A stretch of 64,000 nucleotides of DNA from Macrostomum lignano (Eukaryota), in assembly GCA_002269645.1 (NCBI GenBank), contig NIVC01000094.1, forward strand, positions 1 to 64,000, read 5' to 3'. Position 1 is the stretch's first letter; every line of letters starts with the position of its first letter. A program made the position numbers and the translations under genes. The notes under the pieces are model-generated. The model was not told the DNA's origin. It did no database searches and saw nothing but the letters and a program-made list of their open reading frames with translations. Positions 33,489 to 46,959 of this stretch are shown in pieces.

Positions 33489-34111
33489 AATGCCGTTCGT
33501 CATCTCTGCGTATCTCTCGGCCTTCTGTCGCTATCGCGGAGAGATCTTTAACTTGCTGATGCTTTTAGAATCGATTAAATTTTGTTAATTTGATTCAACT
33601 CCTATAAAAAAATAATGCACAGCAAAGCTCTAGATGTTGGCATTTTGGCATTTTTGTCAGACTCAGACTTTATACTGGCATTTAGCTGTTTTCCATAGAC
33701 AAAAAAGCTGTTCTCTGCTTTGAGTCAACTCTGTTCGTCCCCGTCTTTCTCGTCTCACTCGCAAGCCTAGTCGTGCATCAATTGATACTTACTTGCGTTC
33801 TAAACGATACGGACTTGAAAACGATTCAGGCTGTGGGAATAAAGACAAAACAGACTCACCGTCTCGAAGATGCGCTATTGCGAGATGTCAGGTAAAGTGC
33901 AATTTTTGTCTGAGCCTAATCATATTCTAAACATTAATAAAAATTTTGGCCGTTTTAGCGCCCCAGGTACGAGTATAGTACACAGAAAACATACTTAGCA
34001 AAAAACGCTTTGAAACTACTTCTGGGAGAAATCAGTCAGTAGTATAGAGATGGCCATAGACAATACATGTAAATACGGAGCCAGCCAGCTAAATATGGTT
34101 CACAAGGCACA

Positions 34112-34564
34112 ATGTTTCCCGCCGCAGCCGTCACTGGCCTCCTGATGACGCTGCTGTGGGCCCAGCTGGCCGCCGCTGCTCCCATCTCCATCGAGATCGA
34201 CAACCCGCCGCTGCTCTTGTCGCCCGGCAACAGCCAGCCGCTGAGTCCGAGCCGTCTGAAATCGTTGCGTCTGGTGCAGATGTACCGCAGCCGGGAAACG
34301 CTGTTCGTGAAGGAGATCTGCATCGGCTGCGGCCCCGACCGCATCTGCACCCGGCGCTTCCGGCCGGCCTTCTTCGGCCTGCTGGCCTCCACGTCCATAG
34401 CGGTGTTCGTCATCGTCAGTCTCGTGCTGGCCACCCTGGTGAAGCGGCGGCGCCTGCAGGCCAAGCAGTTCGCCAGACCCGCTGCGTCCAAGCAGGCAGC
34501 TGAGCTCGTCTGCGGCGATGCGGCTGCTCAGGACTGCCCGGTGAAACCCGCGCTGAACTGCTGA
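34112..34564 (+). CDS. Small type I membrane protein D (150 aa)
   Basis: Signal MFPAAAVTGLLMTLLWAQLAAA, ectodomain with CIGCGPDRIC, TM LLASTSIAVFVIVSLVLATLV, KRRRL. GC-rich coding-like codon use. Confidence 0.8.
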   Translation: MFPAAAVTGLLMTLLWAQLAAAAPISIEIDNPPLLLSPGNSQPLSPSRLKSLRLVQMYRSRETLFVKEICIGCGPDRICTRRFRPAFFGLLASTSIAVFVIVSLVLATLVKRRRLQAKQFARPAASKQAAELVCGDAAAQDCPVKPALNC

Positions 34565-34612
34565 GGCTGTCTGAGACTGGGACTGATTGGTGAGTTTGGT
34601 TTGACAGATTTG

Positions 34613-35765
<1,153 letters not shown>

Positions 35766-36204
35766 CTGATGGATTTCCCTTGATTTAATTTCAGACCGCA
35801 AAGCCGTGAATTACTCAGCAAATTCTTCGTTCAAACTGCATCGACTCGGGACCGGCAGATCTGCGGGCGCATGACACGAAATTGAGTTAAGAAACTGAGC
35901 AGCTCAGTCTGCCCCTATCGCAGCCCGTACTAACCATAAGCCTGTAACTACCCGCCCGAGACAAACCGCAAGCAGGCATTCCCGCGTTGTTTTTTCACTT
36001 TACTTTGCTTCCCAACCCGCGCCACCCGGCTGCTCTGAGCACTCAGAGCCTGGCCGTTCGACCTGACGTACTGAAGTAATGCAGACCAATACAAATATCC
36101 ATACGTGTAAATACATAAATATGCTGGATGAAACTGAGTTCGGCTTACACTTATCCGTTTGGGTCTTTGTTGTTTTTTTGCTACATATTGACATAGTGCA
36201 ATGT

Positions 36205-36442
36205 GACCAACCCTGTGCAGCCCTGTGCAACCCTGTGCAACCCTGTGCAGCCCTGTGCAACCCTGTGCAACCCTGTGCAACCCTGTGCAACCCTGTGCAG
36301 CCCTGTGCAACCCTGTGCAACCCTGTGCAACCCTGTGCAACCCTGTGCAACCCTGTGCAGCCCTGTGCAACCCTGTGCAACCCTGTGCAACCCTGTGCAA
36401 CCCTGTGCAACCCTGTGCAACCCTGTGCAACCCTGTGCAACC
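36205..36442 (+). repeat. 10-bp repeat (CCCTGTGCAA)n, about 23 copies
   Basis: Direct inspection. Confidence 0.97.
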
Positions 36443-36468
36443 ATGAGAAACTCTTTGCAAGCCTGGTA

Positions 36469-36757
36469 GGGGTTGTAGCCTAGTGGTTAGAGCGTCGGAC
36501 TCACAACTTGAAGGTCGGGGGTTCAATTCTCGATTCCACTCGGAAAAATTTGTGTCCTTGAGCAAGACACAACTCTGCATTGCTTCAGTTCATCCAGCTG
36601 TGCGTGGCGACTCCCCGGGCCCAGTCCTTGGACTGAACAGCCGTACGCAGCCTTCAGATTGCGCCGCGCAATAGCTGCGGCTGAGCTGTCGGTTGCACAT
36701 CTGACCATTGGGGAAAGTGTTACGAGCCGTATCAACTATCAATAATAATTATTATAA
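36469..36757 (+). mobile_element. tRNA-derived SINE with CORE-like central segment
   Basis: tRNA-like head GGGGTTGTAGCCTAGTGGTTAGAGCG...GGTTCAATTC (A and B boxes, CAC anticodon position, mispaired stems), followed by TGTGTCCTTGAGCAAGACAC...TTGCTTCAGTTCATCCAGCTGT and an (AAT)-rich tail. Confidence 0.75.
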
Positions 36758-37197
36758 AGCCAGTGCAACCCTGTACAAAACTTCGTAAGCAGTGACCCCC
36801 TGCACGCCCCTAGCACATCTGCAGACTTCACAGTATTTCGCACAACAGCCTACTGCCGGCCAAGTGAGTAGCATAATGAGTTGATAAAGCAGAAAGATCT
36901 CAAAGCCGATCAGCCCGAGTGTTTGGCCAACATCTGTCGCTCTCTCTGGGCGATGAAAACTTGCGATAAGCGGGAAATCCAACCACTGAGTGGCCGAGTT
37001 CAGCGTTTTTAAATGCCTGCTTGAGCACCTGAAGGAGATGGGAGCTGGGACTCCAGATTTCATTCAAAGATTTCCTACTATTGTTGGGAAATCTGTTTCT
37101 GGTTTTGTTGTTTGGTCCTGACCCTCGGCCTCAAGCTGGGCAAACTCACATTTGGGACTCAAAAACAAATAAAAATGGCCCTTTGCTCTTTGTAGAT

Positions 37198-38475
37198 CGT
37201 GCAGTGAGTAGATTGTGCAGTTTGTAGGCTGTGCAGTGAGTAGGTTGTGCAGTTTGTAGGCTGTGCAGTGAGTAGATTGTGCAGTTTGTAGGCTGTGCAG
37301 TGAGTAGATTGTGCAGTTTGTAGGCTGTGCAGTGAGTAGGTTGTGCAGTTTGTAGGCTGTGCAGTGAGTAGATTGTGCAGTTTGCAGGCTGTGCAGTGAG
37401 TAGGTTGTGCAGTTTGTAGGCTGTGCAGTGAGTAGATTGTGCAGTTTGTAGGCTGTGCAGTGAGTAGATTGTGCAGTTTGCAGGCTGTGCAGTGAGTAGA
37501 TTGTGCAGTTTGTAGGCTGTGCAGTGAGTAGATTGTGCAGTTTGCAGGCTGTGCAGTGAGTAGGTTGTGCAGTTTGTAGGCTGTGCAGTGAGTAGATTGT
37601 GCAGTTTGTAGGCTGTGCAGTGAGTAAATTGTGCAGTTTGCAGGCTGTGCAGTGAGTAGATTGTGCAGTTTGTAGGCTGTGCAGTGAGTAGATTGTGCAG
37701 TTTGTAGGCTGTGCAGTGAGTAGATTGTGCAGTTTGTAGGCTGTGCAGTGAGTAGGTTGTGCAGTTTGTAGGCTGTGCAGTGAGTAGATTGTGCAGTTTG
37801 TAGGCTGTGCAGTGAGTAGATTGTGCAGTTTGTAGGCTGTGCAGTGAGTAGGTTGTGCAGTTTGTAGGCTGTGCAGTGAGTAGATTGTGCAGTTTGCAGG
37901 CTGTGCAGTGAGTAGGTTGTGCAGTTTGTAGGCTGTGCAGTGAGTAGATTGTGCAGTTTGTAGGCTGTGCAGTGAGTAGATTGTGCAGTTTGCAGGCTGT
38001 GCAGTGAGTAGATTGTGCAGTTTGTAGGCTGTGCAGTGAGTAGATTGTGCAGTTTGCAGGCTGTGCAGTGAGTAGGTTGTGCAGTTTGTAGGCTGTGCAG
38101 TGAGTAGATTGTGCAGTTTGTAGGCTGTGCAGTGAGTAGGTTGTGCAGTTTGTAGGCTGTGCAGTGAGTAGATTGTGCAGTTTGTAGGCTGTGCAGTGAG
38201 TAGATTGTGCAGTTTGCAGGCTGTGCAGTGAGTAGATTGTGCAGTTTGTAGGCTGTGCAGTGAGTAGATTGTGCAGTTTGTAGGCTGTGCAGTGAGTAGA
38301 TTGTGCAGTTTGTAGGCTGTGCAGTGAGTAGATTGTGCAGTTTGTAGGCTGTGCAGTGAGTAGATTGTGCAGTTTGTAGGCTGTGCAGTGAGTAGGTTGT
38401 GCAGTTTGTAGGCTGTGCAGTGAGTAGATTGTGCAGTTTGTAGGCTGTGCAGTGAGTAGATTGTGTAGTTTGCAG
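37198..38475 (+). repeat. 32-bp minisatellite (GTGCAGTGAGTAGATTGTGCAGTTTGTAGGCT), about 40 copies
   Basis: Direct inspection. The 444- and 454-aa ORFs are artefacts. Confidence 0.97.
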
Positions 38476-39569
38476 CACATAAAAGCGCCTTCTTAAACAG
38501 TGTTCTGCGCAGTGAAATTTCAAGCTTGCAAAAGAAGCGCGGTCTGCTTTCCTGCTTTGAGTGCAGAATATTTTTATTAATGAAAAGCAGGTGCTAAAAT
38601 TCTGTGATTGAGTTCGCTACCTGCAGCGGGAAAAATCACAAAAATCACAAAAAATCGACCAATTTCTCTCGATATCAGCCCGCAGGCTGTGGCCGGGAAT
38701 TCTGAGCAGCCTTCTCCAACCCGGCCGACTCTTGAAGTGGCTCTGGTAGGTGGAGAGCAGGGCCGGTCTTTCGGCTCGCAGCTGGAAATTGAAACCAGCA
38801 TTGAGTTTCACCCTGAGCAGAGTGTCTTGACTGGCTTTTGTCTGCTGCTGCTGCTACCTGCTCACTTTTGCTAATTAAAATTTCCTCTTCTTCTCCCATT
38901 GAAAATTGGCAGCAGACACAAAGGCAAAAGATGAGTTGCTTTGTCAGTTTCAGCCATTGTCTGACTGCCAGAAGTGCCAATTTCTAAGAAACCACTTCCA
39001 ATCTCGAGCTCGAGAATGAGCCAGATTAGAATTTCGAATTTTTTATTTTGATAATTTAATAAATTAATAATTCCCTGTTGATTCATTCGAGACGGAAAAG
39101 GTGTGGGAAAAATTTGTAGTCATTCAAAGCCAATTCATTGCCGGACTGATAACAAAGGGCCGGACTAAGTCTGCCGCGACTCCTTGAGTAGGCTCGGATT
39201 TCCCGTGTCTGGCTGACAGCTCCAGCCAAAATCTGCCGCCTGTTTGCTGACTTGGATAACCCTCTGCGCCTGGACAGGACCAGCTCTCAAGCACTTGACA
39301 TTGTCTATCTGACGAATCTGTTTTAAAGAGACTCGATGGCCCTCGTTGCTGGCCTGATGGTCGTTCAATCATTTGGCTGGACATTCCGCTGAAGGTGTCT
39401 TGCGTTGACAATGCCACCCCAAGCCCGTGTTTGCAGAAGAGATTGCCTGGACTGATTTTAGATTCTGTTATAGCGATTTGTAATGAGCCTGCTCAATCAC
39501 AGCTCCGGCTAAGGCAAACTTGAAAGAAGATTCTCTCTTATCTCCTTGATGGAGATAGGGAGGAAGTGA

Positions 39570-40215
39570 AAGGAGAGAGAGGAGAGAGAGGCAGGAGCAG
39601 AGGCGGGAGAGAGACACGGAAGAGGGAGAGGCGGGAGAGAGGGGCGGGAGAGAGAGGCGGGAGAGGAAGAGGCGGGAGAGGAAGAGGCGGGAGAGAGAGG
39701 CGGTAGAGGGAGGCGGGAGATGGAGGCGGGAGATGGAGGCGGGAGAGGAAGAGGCGGTAGAGGGAGAGGCGGGAGAGAGAGGCGGGAGAGGAAGAGGTGG
39801 GAGAGGAAGAGGCGGGAGAGGGAGAGGCAGAAGAGAGAGGCGGGAGAGGGAGAGGCGGGAGAGGCAGAAGAGAGAGGCGGGAGAGGGAGAGGCGGGAGAG
39901 GGAGAGACGGGAGAGGGAGAGGCGGGAGAGAGAGGCGGAAGAGGAAGAGGCGGGAGAGAGAGAGGTATTAGAGGAAGAGGCGGGAGATGAAGAGACGGGA
40001 GAGAGAGGCGGGAGAGGGAGAGGCAGAAGAGAAAGGCGGGAGAGGGAGAGGCGATAGAGGGAGATGCGGGAGAGAGAGGCGGGAGAGGGAGAGGCAGAAG
40101 GGAGAGGCGGGAGAGGGAGAGGCGGGAGAGGGAGAGGCGGGAGAGGGAGAGGCGGGAGATGGAGAGGCGGGAAGAGAGACGGAAGAGAGAGAGAGGCGAG
40201 AGAAGGAGAGTGAGA
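39570..40215 (+). repeat. GA-rich degenerate repeat (GGGAGAGGCGGGAGA-like)
   Basis: Almost pure purine strand. Confidence 0.9.
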
Positions 40216-40884
40216 AAGGTAGATGCAGTGCAAGAGGCGCACATGTAGAAGCAGAGACTCAATTACGAAGCAAAAATATCCAGTGCGGGAGACTTCAAGC
40301 GCAGTTGGGTCCCCAGCAAAGTTGATTAAAAAGAGATTGACCGGGGCCGCCCCCAGAGTTGGTTGGCAGTTGAAATTGAGAATAATTGGATCTCTTGAGA
40401 GGGAAATAAGACAGAAAAATTTCTTATTAATCAACTTCTTCTCGCGCCGGCGCGGCCCCCCGCCCGCGGACCGCCCGCTGCTCGTTGAGTGGATGGCGGG
40501 AGGCTGCGGTGATGAAGCCGAGAGGCAGGCAGGCTGGGACAATGCGCGGCCAGTGACGGCTACGGGTCCCTGGCTGCTTCTCTCCCGCGCTCTCGAAAAG
40601 CAAATTGGGGGTATCGGTTCCACAGCCTCATTCCAGGCTGGCGGGGGTCCCTTGAAGAGCTTCTCCGGGCGGGGGGGGGCATCCTCCAGCTTGAGCAGCG
40701 GGCGAGCGAGCCCAGGACCTCAGGTGTCGCAACCTTGGCTGAAGAGGACCGGAACTGCATGGGCGAGGGGGAAGCCTCAGCTGTTGCCACCCCGGGGAAG
40801 TCAGTCAGTTGGGTTTTGTTGCTGTCAGTCACTTGTGCTCTGTGTCTCGGTTTTGAGCTGTGAATTTGACGGCAATAAAATCCG

Positions 40885-41015
40885 TGTCTGAGCGCCAAAC
40901 TGAGTGTCTGAGCGCCAAACTGAGTGTCTGAGCGCCAAACTGAGTGTCTGAGCGCCAAACTGAGTGTCTGAGCGCCAAACTGAATGTCTGAGCGCCAAAC
41001 TGAATGTCTGAGCGC
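40885..41015 (+). repeat. 20-bp repeat (CTGAGCGCCAAACTGAGTGT), about 6.5 copies
   Basis: Direct inspection. Abuts the large satellite. Confidence 0.95.
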
Positions 41016-41019
41016 CTGA

Positions 41020-44000
41020 GAGCTGCAGTAACAGTGAGAGTCTGAGAGCTGCAATGAGAGTCTGGGAGCTACAGTGAGAGTCTGAGAGCTACAATGAGAG
41101 TCTGAGAGCTACAGTGAGAGTCTGAGAGCTACAGTGAGAGTCTGAGAGCTACAATGAGAGTCTGGGAGCTACAGTGAGAGTCTGAGAGCTACAGTGAGAG
41201 TCTGAGAGCTACAATGAGAGTCTGAGAGCTACAATGAGAGTCTGAGAGCTACAATGAGAGTCTGAGAGCTACAATGAGAGTCTGAGAGCTACAGTGAGAG
41301 TCTGAGAGCTACAGTGAGAGTCTGGGAGCTGCCACAATGAGAGTCTGAGAGCTACAGTGAGAGTCTGAGAGCTACAGTGAGAGTCTGAGAGCTACAGTGA
41401 GAGTCTGAGAGCTACAGTGAGAGTCTGAGAGCTACAGTGAGAGTCTGGGAGCTACAGTGAGTGTCTGAGAGCTACAGTGAGAGTCTGAGAGCTACAGTGA
41501 GAGTCTGGGAGCTACAATGAGAGTCTGAGAGCTACAGTGAGAGTCTGAGAGCTGCAATGAGAGTCTGGGAGCTACAGTGAGAGTCTGAGAGCTACAGTGA
41601 GAGTCTGAGAGCTACAGTGAGAGTCTGAGAGCTACAGTGAGAGTCTGAGAGCTACAATGAGAGTCTGAGAGCTACAGTGAGAGTCTGAGAGCTACAGTGA
41701 GAGTCTGAGAGCTGCAATGAGAGTCTGAGAGCTACAGTGAGAGTCTGAGAGCTACAGTGAGAGTCTGAGAGCTACAGTGAGAGTCTGAGAGCTACAGTGA
41801 GAGTCTGAGAGCTACAGTGAGAGTCTGAGAGCTACAGTGAGAGTGTGAGGGCTACAATGAGAGTCTGAGAGCTACAATGAGAGTCTGAGAGCTACAGTGA
41901 GAGTCTGAGAGCTACAGTGAGAGTCTGAGAGCTACAATGAGAGTCTGAGAGCTACAGTGAGAGTCTGAGAGCTACAGTGAGAGTCTGAGAGCTGCAATGA
42001 GAGTCTGAGAGCTACAGTGAGAGTCTGAGAGCTACAATGAGAGTCTGAGAGCTACAATGAGAGTCTGAGAGCTGCAATGAGAGTCTGAGAGCTACAGTGA
42101 GAGTCTGAGAGCTACAGTGAGAGTCTGAGAGCTACAGTGAGAGTCTGAGAGCTACAATGAGAGTCTGAGAGCTACAGTGAGAGTCTGGGAGCTGCAATGA
42201 GAGTCTGAGAGCTACAGTGAGAGTCTGAGAGCTGCAATGAGAGTCTGAGAGCTACAGTGAGAGTCTGAGAGCTACAGTGAGAGTCTGAGAGCTACAATGA
42301 GAGTCTGAGAGCTACAGTGAGAGTCTGAGAGCTGCAATGAGAGTCTGGGAGCTACAGTGAGAGTCTGAGAGCTACAATGAGAGTCTGAGAGCTACAGTGA
42401 GAGTCTGAGAGCTACAATGAGAGTCTGAGAGCTACAATGAGAGTCTGAGAGCTACAGTGAGAGTCTGAGAGCTACAGTGAGAGTCTGAGAGCTACAATGA
42501 GAGTCTGAGAGCTACAGTGAGAGTCTGAGAGCTACAGTGAGAGTCTGAGAGCTACAGTGAGAGTCTGAGAGCTACAGTGAGAGTGTGAGGGCTACAATGA
42601 GAGTCTGAGAGCTACAGTGAGAGTCTGAGAGCTACAGTGAGAGTCTGAGAGCTACAGTGAGAGTCTGAGAGCTACAGTGAGAGTCTGAGAGCTACAATGA
42701 GAGTCTGAGAGCTACAATGAGAGTCTGAGAGCTACAGTGAGAGTCTGAGAGCTACAGTGAGAGTCTGAGAGCTGCAATGAGAGTCTGAGAGCTACAGTGA
42801 GAGTCTGAGAGCTACAGTGAGAGTCTGAGAGCTACAATGAGAGTCTGAGAGCTGCAATGAGAGTCTGAGAGCTACAGTGAGAGTCTGAGAGCTACAGTGA
42901 GAGTCTGAGAGCTACAGTGAGAGTCTGAGAGCTACAATGAGAGTCTGAGAGCTACAGTGAGAGTCTGGGAGCTGCAATGAGAGTCTGAGAGCTACAGTGA
43001 GAGTCTGAGAGCTGCAATGAGAGTCTGAGAGCTACAGTGAGAGTCTGGGAGCTACAGTGAGAGTCTGAGAGCTACAATGAGAGTCTGAGAGCTACAGTGA
43101 GAGTCTGGGAGCTACAGTGAGAGTCTGAGAGCTACAGTGAGAGTCTGGGAGCTACAGTGAGTGTCTGAGAGCTACAGTGAGAGTCTGGGAGCTACAATGA
43201 GAGTCTGAGAGCTGCAATGAGAGTCTGAGAGCTACAGTGAGAGTCTGAGAGCTACAGTGAGAGTCTGAGAGCTGCAATGAGAGTCTGAGAGCTACAGTGA
43301 GAGTCTGAGAGCTACAATGAGAGTCTGAGAGCTACAGTGAGAGTCTGAGAGCTACAGTGAGAGTCTGAGAGCTGCAATGAGAGTCTGAGAGCTACAGTGA
43401 GAGTCTGAGAGCTACAATGAGAGTCTGAGAGCTACAATGAGAGTCTGAGAGCTGCAATGAGAGTCTGAGAGCTACAGTGAGAGTCTGAGAGCTACAGTGA
43501 GAGTCTGAGAGCTACAGTGAGAGTCTGAGAGCTACAATGAGAGTCTGAGAGCTACAGTGAGAGTCTGGGAGCTGCAATGAGAGTCTGAGAGCTACAGTGA
43601 GAGTCTGAGAGCTGCAATGAGAGTCTGAGAGCTACAGTGAGAGTCTGAGAGCTACAGTGAGAGTCTGAGAGCTACAATGAGAGTCTGAGAGCTACAGTGA
43701 GAGTCTGAGAGCTGCAATGAGAGTCTGGGAGCTACAGTGAGAGTCTGAGAGCTACAATGAGAGTCTGAGAGCTACAGTGAGAGTCTGAGAGCTACAATGA
43801 GAGTCTGAGAGCTACAATGAGAGTCTGAGAGCTACAGTGAGAGTCTGAGAGCTACAGTGAGAGTCTGAGAGCTACAATGAGAGTCTGAGAGCTACAGTGA
43901 GAGTCTGAGAGCTACAGTGAGAGTCTGAGAGCTACAGTGAGAGTCTGAGAGCTACAGTGAGAGTGTGAGGGCTACAATGAGAGTCTGAGAGCTACAGTGA

Positions 44001-46490
44001 GAGTCTGAGAGCTACAGTGAGAGTCTGAGAGCTACAGTGAGAGTCTGAGAGCTACAGTGAGAGTCTGAGAGCTACAATGAGAGTCTGAGAGCTACAATGA
44101 GAGTCTGAGAGCTACAGTGAGAGTCTGAGAGCTACAGTGAGAGTCTGAGAGCTGCAATGAGAGTCTGAGAGCTACAGTGAGAGTCTGAGAGCTACAGTGA
44201 GAGTCTGAGAGCTACAATGAGAGTCTGAGAGCTGCAATGAGAGTCTGAGAGCTACAGTGAGAGTCTGAGAGCTACAGTGAGAGTCTGAGAGCTACAGTGA
44301 GAGTCTGAGAGCTACAATGAGAGTCTGAGAGCTACAGTGAGAGTCTGGGAGCTGCAATGAGAGTCTGAGAGCTACAGTGAGAGTCTGAGAGCTGCAATGA
44401 GAGTCTGAGAGCTACAGTGAGAGTCTGGGAGCTACAGTGAGAGTCTGAGAGCTACAATGAGAGTCTGAGAGCTACAGTGAGAGTCTGGGAGCTACAGTGA
44501 GAGTCTGAGAGCTACAGTGAGAGTCTGGGAGCTACAGTGAGTGTCTGAGAGCTACAGTGAGAGTCTGGGAGCTACAATGAGAGTCTGAGAGCTGCAATGA
44601 GAGTCTGAGAGCTACAGTGAGAGTCTGAGAGCTACAATGAGAGTCTGAGAGCTACAGTGAGAGTCTGAGAGCTACAATGAGAGTCTGAGAGCTACAGTGA
44701 GAGTCTGAGAGCTACAGTGAGAGTCTGAGAGCTACAGTGAGAGTCTGGGAGCTACAGTGAGTGTCTGAGAGCTACAGTGAGAGTCTGAGAGCTACAGTGA
44801 GAGTCTGAGAGCTACAGTGAGAGTCTGGGAGCTGCCACAATGAGAGTCTGAGAGCTACAGTGAGAGTCTGAGAGCTACAGTGAGAGTCTGAGAGCTACAG
44901 TGAGAGTCTGAGAGCTACAGTGAGAGTCGGAGAGCTACAGTGAGAGTCTGGGAGCTACAATGAGAGTCTGAGAGCTACAATGAGAGTCTGAGAGCTACAA
45001 TGAGAGTCTGAGAGCTACAATGAGAGTCTGAGAGCTACAGTGAGAGTCTGAGAGCTACAGTGAGAGTCTGGGAGCTGCCACAATGAGAGTCTGAGAGCTA
45101 CAGTGAGAGTCTGAGAGCTACAGTGAGAGTCTGAGAGCTACAGTGAGAGTCTGAGAGCTACAGTGAGAGTCTGAGAGCTACAGTGAGAGTCTGGGAGCTA
45201 CAGTGAGTGTCTGAGAGCTACAGTGAGAGTCTGAGAGCTACAGTGAGAGTCTGGGAGCTACAATGAGAGTCTGAGAGCTACAGTGAGAGTCTGAGAGCTG
45301 CAATGAGAGTCTGGGAGCTACAGTGAGAGTCTGAGAGCTACAGTGAGAGTCTGAGAGCTACAGTGAGAGTCTGAGAGCTACAGTGAGAGTCTGAGAGCTA
45401 CAATGAGAGTCTGAGAGCTACAGTGAGAGTCTGAGAGCTACAGTGAGAGTCTGAGAGCTGCAATGAGAGTCTGAGAGCTACAGTGAGAGTCTGAGAGCTA
45501 CAGTGAGAGTCTGAGAGCTACAGTGAGAGTCTGAGAGCTACAGTGAGAGTCTGAGAGCTACAGTGAGAGTCTGAGAGCTACAGTGAGAGTGTGAGGGCTA
45601 CAATGAGAGTCTGAGAGCTACAATGAGAGTCTGAGAGCTACAGTGAGAGTCTGAGAGCTACAGTGAGAGTCTGAGAGCTACAATGAGAGTCTGAGAGCTA
45701 CAGTGAGAGTCTGAGAGCTACAATGAGAGTCTGGGAGCTACAGTGAGAGTCTGAGAGCTACAATGAGAGTCTGAGAGCTACAGTGAGAGTCTGAGAGCTA
45801 CAGTGAGAGTCTGAGAGCTACAGTGAGAGTCTGAGAGCTACAGTGAGAGTCTGAGAGCTACAGTGAGAGTCTGAGAGCTACAGTGAGAGTCTGAGAGCTA
45901 CAGTGAGAGTCTGAGAGCTACAGTGAGAGTCTGAGAGCTACAGTGAGAGTCTGAGAGCTACAATGAGAGTCTGAGAGCTACAGTGAGAGTCTGAGAGCTA
46001 CAGTGAGAGTCTGAGAGCTACAATGAGAGTCTGAGAGCTACAGTGAGAGTCTGAGAGCTACAGTGAGAGTCTGGGAGCTGCCACAATGAGAGTCTGAGAG
46101 CTACAGTGAGATTCTGAGAGCTACAATGAGAGTCTGAGAGCTACAGTGAGAGTCTGAGAGCTACAGTGAGAGTCTGAGAGCTACAGTGAGAGTCTGAGAG
46201 CTACAGTGAGAGTCTGGGAGCTACAGTGAGAGTCTGAGAGCTACAATGAGAGTCTGAGAGCTACAGTGAGAGTCTGAGAGCTACAGTGAGAGTCTGAGAG
46301 CTGCAATGAGAGTCTGTGAGCTACAGTGAGAGTCTGAGAACTACAATGAGAGTCTGAGAGCTACAATGAGTGTCTGAGAGCTGCAATGAGAGTCTGTGAG
46401 CTACAGTGAGAGTCTGAGAACTACAATGAGAGTCTGAGAGCTACAATGAGAGTCTGAGAGCTACAGTGAGAGTCTGGGAGCTGCCACAAT
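41020..46490 (+). repeat. 5.5-kb 20-bp satellite (CTGAGAGCTACAGTGAGAGT), about 270 copies with higher-order structure
   Basis: Exact 20-nt periodicity. Variant patterns recur at 780- and 1380-bp offsets. Confidence 0.99.
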
Positions 46491-46959
46491 GAGTCTGTTT
46501 CACAGAAATGCCGTCACATAACCAAATGAATTTGTCTATTTAACGAGCGCTGTCTCAGCTTGAGGCGGGAATGGATGGGGATCTCAGCGGCGGATCTCAA
46601 TTACAAATTGCTCAAACTTTTTTGTTTCGCCCGCCTAACGACAATAAAATCGTTTTTTCCCCTTTCTCGATTCAGCAGAGCTTCAGCAGATCGAGTGAAG
46701 CAAGCGGAGGCCGCCTAGCAACCAGGTTGGGGACCCTTGCCGAGCCAGCGGGGCGCCCTCTTTGACCACCGACGAGGACGGGATCGCCTCACTGACCGGA
46801 TTGTTTCCGCCGTTGGCCTCGGGGGGTTTCTTTGCGCTGCGGGCGATCCCGAAGTTTCCCTCATCAAAAAAATATTTGCTTTTCAATGTGCGTTTTTGTC
46901 TGTCTGTCTTGTTTATGGGTGCTCTTGCTAGATCTGGGACGGCACTTTCACCTCGTGAG

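Noticed and set aside
36469-36541. tRNA-Val(CAC) gene
   Set aside because: Anticodon and acceptor stems are mispaired and the sequence runs into a SINE body and tail.
37146-38523. 444-aa and 454-aa ORFs
   Set aside because: 32-bp minisatellite artefacts.
39468-40623. Pro/Ser/Leu- or Arg/Glu-rich ORFs
   Set aside because: Translations of a GA/CT low-complexity tract.
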